Part shown: positions 63,800 to 64,000 of the stretch, piece after piece
Numbering within the stretch: the first letter of the stretch is position 1
Layout: each line of letters opens with the position of its first letter
Assembly (NCBI GenBank): GCA_913041415.1
Contig: CAJWHS010000002.1
Coordinates: 17,994-81,993, forward strand
Direction: 5' to 3'
Length of the DNA stretch: 64,000 nucleotides
From: an uncultured Acidimicrobiaceae bacterium
GTDB taxonomy: Bacteria; Actinomycetota; Acidimicrobiia; Acidimicrobiales; Aldehydirespiratoraceae
The notes under the pieces: model-generated
Databases searched by the model: none
What the model saw: the letters and a program-made list of their open reading frames with translations, nothing else
What the model was told of the DNA's origin: nothing
Position numbers and translations under genes: made by a program

Positions 63800-64000
63800 T
63801 CAGGTCACGGAACCTGCTGGGGAATCTGGTTCCAGAATCCGCCTCAGCAGCGTGATCGCGCCCGCTTTGTCGAGCGGATCGTTGCCGTTGCCACATTTCG
63901 GCGATTGCACGCATGACGGACAGCCGTCGGTGCACTCGCACGAATCGATTGCCTCGAGCGTGGCGGCCAGGTGCTCGGTGCCGGCCTCCCAGCCGAGTTC
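63800..64000 (-). CDS. C-terminal end of a DEAD/DEAH helicase with a DUF1998 (MrfA-like) zinc module; 5' part lies outside the window
   Basis: Minus-strand translation: ELGWEAGTEHLAATLEAIDSCECTDGCPSCVQSPKCGNGNDPLDKAGAITLLRRIL..GSVT*. Confidence 0.75.
   Translation of the reverse strand, partial: ELGWEAGTEHLAATLEAIDSCECTDGCPSCVQSPKCGNGNDPLDKAGAITLLRRILEPDSPAGSVT

Noticed and set aside
63622-63855. 77-aa ORF as an intact TadE-like gene
   Set aside because: It overlaps the 3' end of the well-supported helicase CDS on the other strand and lacks the N-terminal TM/prepilin-like segment. It is treated only as a possible remnant.
1-64000. Search for selenoprotein genes (in-frame TGA joining adjacent same-frame ORFs) to go with the tRNA-Sec
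   Set aside because: No pair of adjacent co-linear ORFs with continuous homology across a TGA was seen. The interrupted genes found (tautomerase, SnoaL-like) change frame, so they are frameshifts and not UGA read-through.

Overview
Visibly high-GC, densely coding, chromosome-like segment. The gene content points to Actinomycetota: GlnR with GSI and GSII, mycofactocin, an F420/DDN-like nitroreductase, and a helicase/secretion-neighbourhood remnant. Order along the window: (1) 1-13.4 kb, an N-heterocycle (purine/hydantoin-like) catabolic cluster. It holds an SsnA-like amidohydrolase, two xanthine-dehydrogenase-family molybdoenzymes with unusual domain fusions, D- and L-type carbamoylases, an 8-oxoguanine-deaminase-like enzyme and a regulator. 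(2) 13.4-15.9 kb, SDR plus mftA-mftB-mftC. The 44-aa mycofactocin precursor is too short for the ORF track. (3) 15.9-35.1 kb, a block wedged between mftC and mftD. It contains a DmdA/GcvT-like aminomethyltransferase, a tandem-DUF1330 protein, an ArsI/CadI plus SnoaL cassette bracketed by about 104-bp direct repeats, an oxidative phosphonate route (phnY, phnZ) with phnDCE, a PhnM paralog coupled to a 2H phosphoesterase, a C-P lyase operon phnFGHIJKLM plus an IMPase-like gene, and a BI-1 membrane protein. (4) 35.2-37.9 kb, mftD-mftE plus a mycofactocin-type SDR. (5) 38-49 kb, a phosphotransferase, a haloalkane dehalogenase, an Anbu operon (cpATP-grasp, alpha-E, transglutaminase, Anbu), a tautomerase-like pair (one frameshifted), a Zn-ADH of the mycofactocin-associated type, MoxR-VWA-lipoprotein and RidA. 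(6) 49-52.8 kb, an Fe(III)-type ABC importer. (7) 52.9-56.2 kb, glnR-glnA divergent from glnII, with GlnR-box-like repeats in between. (8) 56.4-64 kb, a lipoprotein, NadE, a group-1/2 sigma factor, a DDN-like reductase, a tRNA-Sec (anticodon UCA), YibE/F, a HAD-IB hydrolase, Tad-like remnants and the 3' end of a DUF1998-type helicase. I found no CRISPR array, rRNA, transposase or integrase. The most notable observations are the split mycofactocin locus, the phosphonate block that lacks phnN/phnP but carries a 2H phosphoesterase, a second PhnM and an IMPase, the repeat-bracketed C-As lyase cassette, and the orphan tRNA-Sec. All family assignments come from motif recognition by eye. No database search was run.
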